Origin: Antechinus flavipes
Lineage: Eukaryota
NCBI RefSeq assembly: GCF_016432865.1
Contig: NC_067400.1
Span: 612,994,001 to 613,058,000 of the forward strand
DNA: 64,000 bases
Direction of reading: 5' to 3'
Shown here in pieces: positions 1 through 11,790 of this stretch (positions within the stretch are counted from its first letter, which is position 1; every line of letters begins with the position of its first letter). Both the position numbers and the translations under genes were made by a program. The notes under the pieces were generated by a model, which was given only the letters and a program-made list of their open reading frames with translations, was not told where the DNA came from and searched no databases.

Positions 1-433
1 CAATTCTGATGGACGTGGCCCTCTTCAGCAATGAGATGAATCAAATCAGTTCTAATGGAGCAGTAATGAACTGAACCAGCTACACCCAGTGAAAGAACTC
101 TGGGAGATGACTAAGAACCACTACATAGAATTCCCGATCCCTCTATTTTTGTCCGCCTGCATTTTTGATTTCCTTCACCGGCTAATAGTACACTATTTCA
201 AAGTCTGACTCTTTTTATACAGCAAAATAACTGTTTGGACGTGTATACTTATATTGTATTTAACTTATACTTTAACATATTTAACATGTATTGGTCAACC
301 TGCCATCTGGGGAAGGGGATGAGGGGAAGGAAGGAAAAATTGGAACAAAAGGTTTGGCCATTGTCAGTGTTGTAAAATTACCCATGTATATAACTTGTAA
401 ATAAAAAGCTATAATAATAATTTTAAAAAAAAA
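1..433 (+). mobile_element. 3' end of a marsupial L1 LINE (3'UTR, polyA signal, A-tail), 5'-truncated by the window edge
   Basis: AT-rich L1-type 3'UTR with the G-rich tract GGGGAAGGGGATGAGGGGAAGG, AATAAA at 400-405 and an A-rich tail to 433. Recognised from memory as dasyurid-like. Confidence 0.7.
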
Positions 434-2729
434 GTGCCAAAGCAAGATTTTCAAGTATAGTGGAGCATATTCCTTAATTGGGATGATCTGAAAGATCTGG
501 GGCTATTTGTTGTATTTCTTTCATAAAAGCAATAAAAATGTTTTGCAAATATTGTTTATTTTTTTATCATTTTAAACCTTTTTTTTTTGGGGGGGGGCAG
601 ATGTTTCATAATGTACATTATATATTCTCATAGATTCACAGAATTTCAGAGCTGAAAGGGACTTCAGTGTCCGTCCATTGCAACCCATACATGAAAGGAG
701 GCCCTGCTTTGAGAAAAGATACATAGTTTGCATAAATAAATAAATATTACTTAGACTGGAGATGTGTGTTTGGGAGGCTCGAAAGGCCCTTACAACATAG
801 CTCACATGCCTCTTCTAGGAAGATTTCCCAATGCTTGGCACGTGGAAATGATTAATTATCTGCTGATTGAGCGAATGTGGAGAAAGACAGCTCCCCATCA
901 ATGCCCACGGGCCCCTCTTGGAGCCTCTCCTCTGGGCCGCTCATTTGTTGGTTCATTCATTCAGCAAGCATTTATCCAGCCCTTCCCGTGTGTCAGGCTC
1001 TGAATAAACACATGAGCTATTTGAATGACATTGGTCACGATAAAGCGCATTCCCCGGTGTGAATCATGATTTCCTCCCAGAAGCTCTGGGAGCAAGTTTG
1101 GGAGGTAAGGCAGGGATGGCTGATCCCTGTTTACAGATGTGGGGAAACTGAGGCTTGGGGAAAGGGACTTGGGGGAGAAGAGCAGCTCGGTATAACAGAA
1201 AAGTCACCGGGGGTTAGACTGGAGGACCTCTGAGGACCGTTTCCTAACCAGCGCCAGGCCTAGTCAGAACCAGCGGGAACCTCAGAATTGTCCCGTGGAC
1301 AGACGGAGATATTGAAGAGCTCGATCTTGGAGGCTGGGGGATGAGGAAGCAAGAAGGACTCTGGAACCGGGAGACCTTCCGCAGGAGAGGGGATTCCCAG
1401 AAATCTTATTTGATTCCTGCTTGTTGTGCAGGTGAGGAAATGGAGGCCCAGAGGGAAGGACCGAGGTGACACAGAAAGCGCACTCTTGCATCATTCTGCT
1501 GTTCTAAGCCTTCACCAACGGCTCCAGTTGGTACCACCGGAGTGCTTCAGATACCGGTAGGTCTGAAAACGAGGGACGCTGGGGCCGGAAGCCCTCCACC
1601 AGGGCATCGTGGGGAAGGGACCTGTTTGCTGATCCACTGAACCTCTTTCTGCTAGTGTCGGAGCTGAACTTGGTGGGAAGCAGGCCTGCCCGACACAGCC
1701 TCAGGCCGGGGTAAAAGTGGGGAGCTTCTTTCGGGCAAGAATAACCAGATGCTTAACCATTGGGCAGAACCTTCTGGCCACCTGCTCGTACAGCGCTGGC
1801 ACGGCGCCCCTTCCCTTAGGGGGCCCACGTTCTGTAGATGAATGACATAAAAACGTATTGTCACGATGGTCAGGAGCCACGTCATTGTCCTTGTCTTGGT
1901 TGAGAGTGGGGGTTGAAAGTCCCAGGTTCGAGTCTCCCCTTAGTAAGTCCAAGCTCTATAACTCTGGGCTCCTGGGAAATACTGGAGCAGTTGCTGATCT
2001 GATTTATCTGGCGCAAAGTTTCCTCACCAGGAAAAAATCAATGTGAAGGATATAAATGAAGGGTACAAAATGTTCTCAGGATTCAGGAGAGGAAGAGGAG
2101 GGAGAGGAGGGGAAGGGAGAGAATCGGGGAGGGCCCCCTGGAAGAGGAGGCTCCTGGAGCAGAGCCTTAAAGAATGGCCACCACTCCCACTGGTGGGGTT
2201 CGGTATCCCTAACGGTGTGTCACAGAGGCTGGGATGGAGGGGGGCCTGCAGAGGTCTGAATCGGCAACAGGAGCAGGTGCAGAAGGCAGGAGACTGGAGG
2301 TCCCCGAGTTTGAGGTTCGTCCTGTGGGCAGTGAGAACACAGAGGATTGACCCCCTTCGGGGAGGGCTATGTCCAGAGCGTGAAGGAACTTCCTTTAGCC
2401 CCTCAGGACAAGCTGAGGTCCCTTTGGGGATCCTGAAATCCATGACCATGCAGCAGAAAACAGTGGCAGGCTTTGGGAAGGGTGGGCGGTGGAGCCCCTG
2501 GCCGAGGTCGGCTCCATGCAGACACTCCCTCCCTCCCTGTTCCCATCTCGGCTCCCTCGCCGGCTCCTGGCAGCAGGAAGGAGGCCCTGCGCCCAGAAGC
2601 TAGACAGGGACCCCCTGGTCTTCCCTGCCCTCCGGGATCCCAGATGCAGAAGAGGACTCCGGCCTCCTGGACGGAGGCCAGGCCTTGTCCACCCTTGAGC
2701 CTGGGACCACATTTTGGGCTCTGGAGTTC

Positions 2730-5700
2730 TCAGAGGTAGGTCCTGCGGCCTCGCTTGGGTCTGACCAGCCACACGTCGTCCACAATCTTCCCATCCTGAA
2801 AGACAGGGACAACCGGCCTCCAGAAAAGGCCCGACCTCACTCCCCTGCCCCCCGGCACCAGCTGCTTAGCCTGGGAGCTGGCACCTAGCTTTCTCTTTGT
2901 CCTTCTAGGAGCCGACGGGACCCAGGGGCTGCTGGCCCTCAGAGGTCCCAGCTTCTGGGCGAACGCGGCCTCAGGCCGGTCCAGCCTCGCTGCTACTGAC
3001 CTGATCATCAGACACCTGCTGCAAATGGAGGTGGGTGCCATTGAGAATGTGCAGGCGGGTAAAGCCGTACTCCTTCACCCTGATGGCGCTCCAAGGCCTC
3101 GGAAAAGGGCTAAAAGGGGTCAGCAGCTCCTCACAGCCCTGCCCAAAGAAAAGAAGGAGGTTCGGTTCGGTAGCAGGCCCAGGCTTGGGGTGGCCCCTTC
3201 CCCCTGAGCACCACGGACAGCAGCCTCCCTCCCCCGCCCCCCTGGAAGCCCCTGCCAGGGCTCTGCTCACAGCAGATCCTGTGATGATGTGAATAGGTCC
3301 TCGGGGGTTGGTGTAAGGATTCTCTCGGCTTCCGTTATAGACCTGGGAGGAAAGTCCAGAAAGGGAGGAGGGTCAAGTGAGGAGAAAGACAGGGCTCCCC
3401 GGAGCAAATTATGGTGAACCTAGGTGTCCACACAAATCGCCAGCAATGGGTTCACCCAGTGGTATGCAGGCCATCATCTAACAACCAGCTCTCCAAACCC
3501 CTAACAACAGACACAGCCAGAGGTGTGCTGGCTAGTATTTAACAATCAGCTCTCCAAATCCCCAGCAATGGACTCAGCTGGTGGGTGTGCTGGCAAATGT
3601 TTAACAATTAGCTTTTCAAAAACCTTTTAAAATTTTAACCAGCATTATTATTAAGATTTTCTCCATCAGCAAAATAACAACTCAAACCTGGACTTATAGC
3701 CATTGCTGATTTCTGAGATATAAATCCACTGTAAATTTAACCATTAACTCTTACCAGCACACACCTGGGCTGAGCCCACCTTATTCCTCAGCAGAGAAAG
3801 CTTGGGGGGGGGGGGGGTAAAGGGTGAAGAGCACCAAGGCTCGGAAAGAGATGCATCCCCTGATCATTTGCCAGCTGACTAGCAGAAGGCTTGGGGTTAG
3901 GCGCAGGGAAGGCGCGCTTAGTGGGGCGATGGAGCAAGGGGGCTCGGAGGTGGGGCCAGCGAGAGCCCAGCTTGGTCCAGATCGCCCCTCACCTGGTAGT
4001 CGTAGATGGGCCAGAGGCGCTCGTAGGAGTGTTCATGAGCCCACAGCTGCAGGTCAACTCCTGTGGGGGGAACAGCAATCAGCAGGCCCGCCTTTAGCCA
4101 GAGGGGGCTAGAGAGCTTGGCCCTATGCAGCAGGGTGTGGCCTCCCCTGGGAGAAGGACCCCCCCCCCCAAGTGTGCTCTCCCACGCCGAAATCGCTCGC
4201 TTAGCTATTTTTGTATGTGCTGATCACACCGCCTGGCACACAGTAGGGGTTTAATTATTGCGTGCTGATTGAAGAGGGTGGCTACCGTATTTGTAGAAGA
4301 GATCCTCCAAGCCGTAGCGACCGCCGGAAAGGCCTTTTCTGACCTGGGAGTACAGAAGAAGTGGGGTTTAGAGCAGGACCCCCAGGCCCTACCACGTGTC
4401 CCACCAGCCCACTCCTCTCAGTCAGACTGAGGACGGCCCTCGCGCCTACTATGCTCTCGTGCCGTGTACAGTCATCCAGGTCGGCGTTGGAGCAGTACAT
4501 GGGACGGTGCCCCATCGTTATAATCCACGGCCTCAGAGCCCGGTTGTTGTTGGCTTTCTGGCGGGAGAAAGGAAGGGCGGCTGTGAGGCTGGGGCTGGGG
4601 GAGCCTTCCCGAGAGCCAGCGGGGACTTCACCGGCTAGGACTCCCCCATAAAGGAGGGGCCTCCCAGGGACACATATGGGCTCCTGAGAATGTTGCAAGC
4701 TGGCTGGCAGTGGGGAAAGGGAAGGTGAGAGACGGCCCCGGCCCTGAGACTGCCAGCAACTGCTGCTGGGCCCCTCAGCTCCGGGCCCCCTTCCCAGCTC
4801 ACCTGCAGATCCCTCTCCAGCCAGCGGAACTGCTTCTGAATCAGGTGGCGTCCATAGTGGAGGAAGAAATAGACTTCAGTGGAGAAGGAGATGATGTGGG
4901 CAGGCCCCAGGTCCCAGCTGCAGGGAGAGGGAAAAGGAATGGGGGGAGATGGAAGGTATCGGTGATCAGGCCCAGCTCTGTCCCTCCCCGGTCAGGGCAG
5001 CCGGGCCCACAGGGGCCAGTCTGGGGCCCACAGAGGCCAGCCTTGGGCCCACAGGGACCAGTCTGGGCCACAGAGGCCAGCCCGGGGCCCACAGGGGCCA
5101 GCCCGGGGCCCACAGAGGCCAGCCCGGGGCCCACAGGGGCCAGTCTGGGGCGCACTAGGGCCAGCCCGGGGCCTACAGGGGCCAGCCCGGGGCTCACAGG
5201 GGCCTAGCCAGGGCCCACAAAAGCTAGCCCTGGGGCTCACCTGTACCAAAGTCCTTCCGTGTCCCCCGGCATGCTGAACCGCGCTCGGTAGTTGGAGAAG
5301 TTGCTGGGTTGGGAGAGAGGGAGGGAGGTCCCCGTCGGCTGGGTGACGAGAACCAGCAGTGACCCCTCCCCGCCTCCAGCCCACAGCCCGGCCACAGTTG
5401 GGAGCCCATCCTGCTGGTCATTGTCTTGGGAGGGAAGAGGCTGAGACTGGAGGGGAGCCTCCAGAGCCATGGTGGGATGAGGCAGGCCCCATCAGGGAGT
5501 CCCGCAAGCCCACGCAAATACGCTCCCACCACAAGCCCACACAGATACCCCCCCCCCAGGGCCCACCCCCTCCTCACTAGCGCTCCTCGTGGTTCCTGGG
5601 CACGTCATGTAGGGGACCGAGGCGGCCACTGGCTCGATGAGCCTCATGAAGGTATCCCCGACTCTGGCGTTGTCCTGGTCCATGTTGTAGGCAAAGTCTC

Positions 5701-6769
5701 CTGGGGGAGCGGGAAGGAGGGGGCAGTGGTGAGGTCTCAGGAGCCTGCGCTACCCCCATCCCCTCCTTGGCCCTCGCCGTCCCCGCCCATCCGGCCTCGT
5801 CCCGCAGCCCGCCAGCCCCATCCCGCACCCCTGGCCCGCAGCTCACCCACGTGCAGGATCGCATCATACATGCCCTGCTGGGTCTCCCTCCGAAGGCGGG
5901 GCAGAGCCTGCGGATTGTCAGCCCCCATGTCCCCAAAGACAGCCAGACGGGGGCTCCAGCCGGGCCCAGACTGGAGGGCGCGGAAGCGAAACCTGCGGCT
6001 CCAGCCCTGGGCGCTGCCGCAGCGGTACACTGAGGGCCAGAGCAGGAAGAAGAGAGAACGCTGGGTCCCGGGCCCTGACCCCTCTCGCCCACATTCCTGC
6101 CCGGCTCGGCCAAGGGTGGGGACCCAGCATCCTGCGGCCATTACACAACACTAATTACAACTGAATGGAATCAGGAGGGAGAGGGGGGAGGGGGTGGGTC
6201 AGTCTGTCCCCATTCTCTGCCAGGGCTGGTTCTCCTCTCCTGCCTCCTCATCCCCGGACATCCCTGGGCAGGAAGCCTGAGCTCCTCAGGGGTCTCTGCC
6301 CGGCCCTCCCCAGTCCCTGAACCCCCTCACCGTACTGGACCCCCGGCAGCAGCCCCCTCAGGGTGACGCGGTGCATGTACAGCTTCCGTCTCAGGATGCC
6401 GCCGTCCACGAAGAGGCTGGAGGTGCCTTGGGCCCGCAGGGGCAGAATGCCCCCGATCTGCAGCCCAAACTGGACCTCCGAGGCAGCTTGCACCCACGTG
6501 GTCCACATCACCGTCATGCAACCAGGTTCCCCTGCAGGGAGAGCGGGGGGAAGGGAAATGGAGCGGGCCCAGCAGTCAGGGCTCCGGCTCCCAGGCAGGC
6601 GGGCTCTGGCCAGACGCGAGGCCGGCTCTGTGGGGGGGCCTGGGTACTCACCTGGGTAGGACAAATGTATTTGTTCGGGGTTAGCCTTTCGAGACCCATC
6701 AGCCCTTGCACCCCCCAAAAGGAAGACAAAGAGGAGGCAGAACCAGCTGGGGCTGGGGCCGGCAGCCAT
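2730..6769 (-). CDS. ACP7: Acid phosphatase type 7 (purple acid phosphatase-like, PAPL), 12 coding exons, with an apparent 1-nt frameshift in coding exon 4
   Basis: GT-AG exons: 6769-6652, 6531-6331, 6029-5847, 5700-5578, 5303-5241, 4917-4803, 4557-4450, 4343-4286, 4060-3993, 3342-3271, 3138-3001, 2795-2730. Signal peptide, then EQIHLSYPG, GDMG, GDFAY, MGHRP, WAHEHSYER and the C-terminus GRRTYL*. Exons sum to 1313 nt, 1 short of 1314, and GNHE reads GTTR. Confidence 0.93.
3441..3767. mobile_element. Non-autonomous hAT-type DNA transposon (MITE) with a tandemly repeated left end, in an ACP7 intron
   Basis: Terminal inverted repeat CAGAGGTGTGCTGG (3518) vs CCAGCACACACCTG (3754-3767), with an AT-rich interior. 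The left ~61-bp unit recurs at 3457, 3518 and 3578. Confidence 0.55.
5001..5220. repeat. 21-bp GC-rich minisatellite (~10 copies) in an ACP7 intron
   Basis: Unit approximately CCCGGGGCCCACAG(G/A)GGCCAG, repeated in tandem. Confidence 0.9.
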
Positions 6770-7440
6770 ACTGAAGGAGAAGGGAGCCGGGGGGTGTTGC
6801 CAGGTGGGATTCGGCCGGGTCTTTGATCTGGATGCAGGAGAGAAGGAAGGACGCTCTCAGGGCCGGCTTGTCCCCCTGCCACCCCCGCTCCCCCAGCTCT
6901 GCTCTGACTCCCCACCGGCCCCTTTTGAATTTGAACCCTTTCTAGGGCTCCCTAACATCCCCCAAGTCCTTCCCTTGGCTTCCCTCTTTCTGTCTTTGCC
7001 ACATTCCCAGACTTCAGGGTCCCTCTTCCATACGTCCTTCCCCAAGATGCTCCAACTACCCCTGCCCCCCCTTTCTCACACTGAGCCCTCCTCCCTTCTC
7101 CCATTTCAGGCTCCCACCTCCCCAGCCCTTCCTCCCCATCTCCTCCCTGCCGGCATCCTTCCCCAGCTGCTTCTCCCAAAACAAACCTCCTTTCCCAGTA
7201 CCCTTGCCCGAGAACTCCTGGACTCCCTGCCCCATCTCAGGTTCTTCCCTCCCAGAACTAGTCTAGAACCTTTCTGCCCCCTTCCCTTCTTGGTAGAAGG
7301 AAGGGGAGAGGCTTGAATGGGAGGAGGAGGAGCCAAGCAGGAAAGCCTGGAGGTGCTGGGAGGTGGCACATGGCTGGCTGTGGAGCCCGGCTGGGGGTCC
7401 GGCCTAGCCCGGCCTGCTCTTCCTGTCCACCCTCACTTAC

Positions 7441-7492
7441 CCCACTGGCAGGAGTCACTGTCCGGACCCGGCCTGCCCCAGGCCTCTTTATG
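7441..7492 (-). promoter_or_regulatory. Probable ACP7 TATA-like box and non-coding first exon
   Basis: On the minus strand: CATAAAG at 7492-7486, a strong donor GGG|GTAAGT at 7441/7440, and a matching acceptor (pyrimidine tract, CCAG|) at 6828/6827 upstream of the ATG. Confidence 0.5.
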
Positions 7493-8851
7493 GCTGCTGT
7501 TCTGCTAGCCTGGGGGTGCAGCTGATAGTAGCAGCTGGGCTCTCCGGGGCTTCCAGCCGCCCACGAGCCCATCCCAGCACTGGAAGAAGCCAGGTCTGGG
7601 ATGATGGGCTCCTCAGACAGCTAAACCCCCAGGTCTCACTGGTCGGGCCGGTTGGGGGAAAGGGGCACGCCCACCCACCCACCCTTGGGGGTGGATCCAA
7701 GGGAGGGACCCGAGCCCCAGGAGGTTTGGTGCTCCTGCTGGGGAAGGCTGAAGCTGCTGAGCTTGGGGTGGGGGGAGCAGAACTTCCCCTAGCTGATTTG
7801 CCTAAGGGAAAGATCCCCGCTCCACCCTCATTCCCTCCTAGAAGCCAGAAAAGAAGCAGGAGCCAGGGAAGAAAATCCAGGAGAACTACTCACCTCCCTT
7901 CCAACACCCCGAAGCCAGAGTAGGTCAGTGGGCCGATTACAATGTCAGTGTGGGTTAGACCCACCCAGCCCCAAGTGGGGAAAGGGCGTTAGCTGGGCAC
8001 AACAAGCAGCCTTTGTGAACCAGGCGTCTGGCCCCAAATCCGGGCCCCAGATGGAGACTGGAAGATCCGTCCCCCACTCCCAAGCCTGGCCCTATTGTCC
8101 CAACTCATCCCAGAAGGATGAGCCAGGTTGGGGGGGGTGACTCATCTCTCTCTCTCTTCCCCCACCCCTCCATCAGTCACTGTGTCACTCATACTTGTAA
8201 TATCAGAAAGTTGTGACAAGAGGAAGTGCCGACCAGGGGACGCTGCCCGAGAGCAACCCCAGGAGGAGCTCCGGATGCTCGCCTCTCGGAGCTGGGCTGG
8301 CTTCTGTCCCCGGCCCTCCCCGCAGGGACCGCCGACCCTGATTCCGAGGCCCCATTTGGAAGGCCCCCGGGAGCCCCCTCCCATGGAGCCCCTTCCTCAG
8401 GATCTACCCTCCTGATCCAGACCTGTGATTTCATCAGGGTGTGGGGAATTCCTGACACAATCAGCCCCTCGGCACTCCTAGGGAACTGCCTGGGGCACTA
8501 AGTGATGTGACTTGCCCATAGTCACACAGGCAGGATGATTTTTCCTGTAATCATGCATTGCCCTTTATCACGTATCACACCCAGAATCCCTGTCTTCCTG
8601 GACACCGACTTTCCAGCCTCTTTGTCAGGCGGCCCTTCGGTGGTCTTGGGACGGTCTCTGCTGCCTCTCTGGGATAGCCCCCGGCATCTCTGGGCACACC
8701 CAACTCTAACATGGCACTGGCCTGGGGGGGGAGGCTGTGAGCGTGCCCAGTTTGCCACCCACCCCACCTGCAATCCACACCGTGGCAGGGCCTCTGGCCA
8801 CTCACGGTCGGTGTTGGCCGGGGGGAATGGCTGAACACCCGGCCTACAGCC

Positions 8852-8901
8852 CTGGCTCCTCGGGTGCTCTGGCTCCTCGGGTGCTCTGGCTCCTCGGGTG
8901 C
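8852..8901. repeat. 17-bp tandem repeat x3
   Basis: CTGGCTCCTCGGGTGCT repeated three times. Confidence 0.85.
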
Positions 8902-9577
8902 CAGGGCAGGGTCCTGGGTGCTGTCCCATGAGGATCCTCCAGCGCTGAGGAGGACAAGGAGAGCCTCCCAGAGCTGCTTCTCTGGCCCCAGGAGTACTTC
9001 TGGGCTTCATTTGTACAACGTAAGGTAACTTTTGGCCGTGTCACCAGCATTTGTAGTGGCCCACGGCAGGGCTCATCATTCTTACGCCCAAGTGCTGGGC
9101 GCTGTGAGGCAGGGGGGCAGCCGGGAATTCTGAAGTCAGAGGCCAGGAGCTCAGGTTCCATCCCTTGTGCTGACCTGTGCAGGCTCAGGCTGGTCGTTCC
9201 CCTTTCGGAGCCTCGGCTCCCTCAGCTACACAGTGAGGGGCTGGGCCAGGGGGAGTGCGTGTCCCTTCTCCTTTGGGTGTTTGTGGCGATGGGAAAAGGG
9301 CCTCCAGGAAGGCCCTGGGATCTCCAGGCTGTCCCCGGTTCTGAAGAAAGGAGACTAAGGATGCTCAGGATGTGCAGGGAAAGACGCTGGATTCAAAGGC
9401 ACCTTTGTGAGTTTGGAGTTATAGCCCCTAACTCTCTCCTCTAAATGCCCCGAAAGCCCTTATGGCTCTGACCTGTGGCCCACGCGTGGAGGGGACAAGC
9501 AGGGCTCCCACTGTATGGCCTTTTCCTTTTGCAGATTTAATGGCCTGACCCCCTGAGAACTGAAGAGTCACTTAATT

Positions 9578-10196
9578 TGTTAGGATTCTTACAAGTGCCT
9601 AAGTCAGTGGGAGGGAGAGAGACAATAATTACCTAACTTAGCATGGGTCAGGATGATTGATCCGATCCTATGAGCAGCTGTTCTGGGCCAGAACTTGAAA
9701 CAAGGCACCAAGTGGAATCGAGGAGACAAGGGTTAAATCAAGTTTGGCACTGATTTAATCCTACAACAAATGATGGTTTCGCAGAGATAGAATGATTGGT
9801 GTGTACTCAGTGTGGGGCATATAGGCCAGAAGCCTCAGGGCCAGAAAGGACTAGAAGCTCTCGGAGGCCGAGACAGATTCGTGCCATCTTCCGCCTTTGT
9901 GCTGGCTGGGGGCTGAAGCACAAACCTTTGGATTCAGAGACATTCGGGGGGAGCTGCAGGCAGAAGCTGGCAGAGGCAAGGCCTAGCGGCAGGAGCTAGA
10001 AACCGAGGAGAGAGACGGGCCTCTGGGAAAGCTAACTGGGCCCAAGGAAGGAGACGAGACTTGGAAAGAGAAAGTAAAGGATTTGGGCTTTAATCCCTGG
10101 CTGCACTGGTGATTGGGCACTGAAAGGAAGGCTGCCTCCAGAGACGCCAAGAAACCTGCTCCCAGAGAACATTACACTTTAGAGAAGAACATTACA
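9578..10196 (+). mobile_element. Solo LTR of an endogenous retrovirus (619 bp)
   Basis: TG...CA termini (TGTTAGG...ATTACA) flanked by a perfect 6-bp target-site duplication TTAATT (9572-9577 and 10197-10202). ATTGG at 9795, TATA-like CATATAG at 9818, polyA variant AGTAAA at 10073. Confidence 0.85.
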
Positions 10197-10309
10197 TTAA
10201 TTGGCCAGGAACAACCAGTAATAGCCGCACTCATTGGTGCTAATTGTCCATGATAAAAGTAGTTTCCCAAAAGGCAGTGTGAGCAAATGACATCTTTGGC
10301 AATTGAACC

Positions 10310-10574
10310 AAGATTTCTCCTCTCCCCCTCCTCTCTGTCTTTGTCTCTGGGTGTCTCTTTCTCTCCCTCTCTTTGCTTTTTTCTCTTCTTTCTCTCTCTC
10401 TCCCTGTACTCCTCCTTCCTCTCCTTTTAACTTTCTCTGTCCCTCTGTCTCTATCTCCCTCTCCTCTGTATGTCTCTATGTATAGGCATCTCTATCTCTT
10501 TCTGTTTCTCTCTGCCTCTCCTCTTTTCCCTCTTTTTTCTTTCTTCTTCTTCTCTGTTTCTCTTTCCCGCTCCC
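10310..10574. repeat. CT-rich simple/low-complexity repeat abutting N-run 10575-10727
   Basis: Nearly pure T/C tract. Confidence 0.9.
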
Positions 10575-10754
10575 NNNNNNNNNNNNNNNNNNNNNNNNNN
10601 NNNNNNNNNNNNNNNNNNNNNNNNNNNNNNNNNNNNNNNNNNNNNNNNNNNNNNNNNNNNNNNNNNNNNNNNNNNNNNNNNNNNNNNNNNNNNNNNNNNN
10701 NNNNNNNNNNNNNNNNNNNNNNNNNNNAACCTGTCCTGTTTTTCTGACTTTGGC

Positions 10755-10850
10755 TCCCCTCCACTTATAGACGAGGAAACCGAAGCTCAGAAAGCGAGAT
10801 TTGCCTAGGCCCACAGGTAGGATTTGGATTCGAATGCAGGTTCCGGGGCT
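10755..10850 (-). mobile_element. MIR/CORE-SINE fragment
   Basis: CCACTTATAGACGAGGAAACCGAAGCTCAG matches the reverse MIR core (CCCATTTTACAGATGAGGAAACTGAGGCTCAG). Confidence 0.6.
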
Positions 10851-11684
10851 CCTCCCGCTGCTCCCCACTGCCTCCCAGGAGGATGCGATCCCGTCGGCAC
10901 CACGGGGAGACTGACCTCCTCTGGGGCATGTGGATGGTTCGCAGACAGTGACTAGAGGAACATTTGTGGAGTGTTCGCACCCGTCGTTAACTCGGCCGGG
11001 TCTGATGTACGCGGGATGACGTTAACATGGCCGTGCGGCCCCCAAAGCCGGTTCCACGAGGAGCCCGGCACGCTCGTGTCCACGTGCTGGGCCGAGGTTT
11101 CGGAGCGGCCCCGAGCGCATCCCCGGGCGGGGGCTCTGCCCCGATCCGGGCCCATCTGAAACGCGCCGCTGCGTTCTTTGGAGGGACGTTCCCCGACAGC
11201 GTGGGCCCGACGGGGAGCCCCCAGAGCAGCTCCCCCCGTGGAAGGAAGTGGGAGCGTGTGGCCTTCGGAAGGCCCGGAGGGCCACAGTGGCCGCTGGCAG
11301 ACTTCTGAGGGGCTGCGGGCGGGGGTGGGGGTTAGAAGGCAACAGTTGGTCCTGGGCTGCGAGGGAGGGGCAGGTGATGTGCCGGGAGCCGGGGGGAGGC
11401 CGAGCTCTCCGGCGATGGGCCGGGCCCAGGGAGCCGTCCGTCACGGGGATCGCTCACACCTTAAGCCCCGGTGTGTCATGAGCTTCTCGGGAGTGAGGAG
11501 GCAGGGCCGTTTGTCTGTCTGCCCCTTGGCTCCTGCCAGCGCTCCCAGCAGCCCTTAGACCTCCCCAGAGCTCTGCCCGTTCTCCTCAGGGCCTGATGGT
11601 GAGCTCCTCGAGGGCAGTAAACGCGGGTTTCCCTTCCTCTGTACCGCGGGTACAGGGCCTCACACAGGGCCGGCCTGCAGTCAG

Positions 11685-11790
11685 AAATTCAGATCCCAGC
11701 CTGAGACCAGCTACGAGACGCTGGACGAGCCACTTAACGCCGCCCGCCTCGGTTTCCCCATCTGTAAAATGGGGATAACGGCAGCACCTG
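11685..11790 (+). mobile_element. MIR/CORE-SINE fragment, GC-shifted
   Basis: CCACTTAAC...CCTCGGTTTCCCCATCTGTAAAATGGGGATAA core motif. Confidence 0.7.

Noticed and set aside
5001-5220. Regular short repeats (also 23005-23490 and 3441-3620) considered as CRISPR-like arrays
   Set aside because: Tandem units without unique spacers, no cas genes, and mammalian context.
4710-5384. Repetitive GPTGAS/GPCG ORFs resembling collagen or mucin
   Set aside because: Translations of the 21-bp VNTR inside an ACP7 intron, with no supporting splice or start context.
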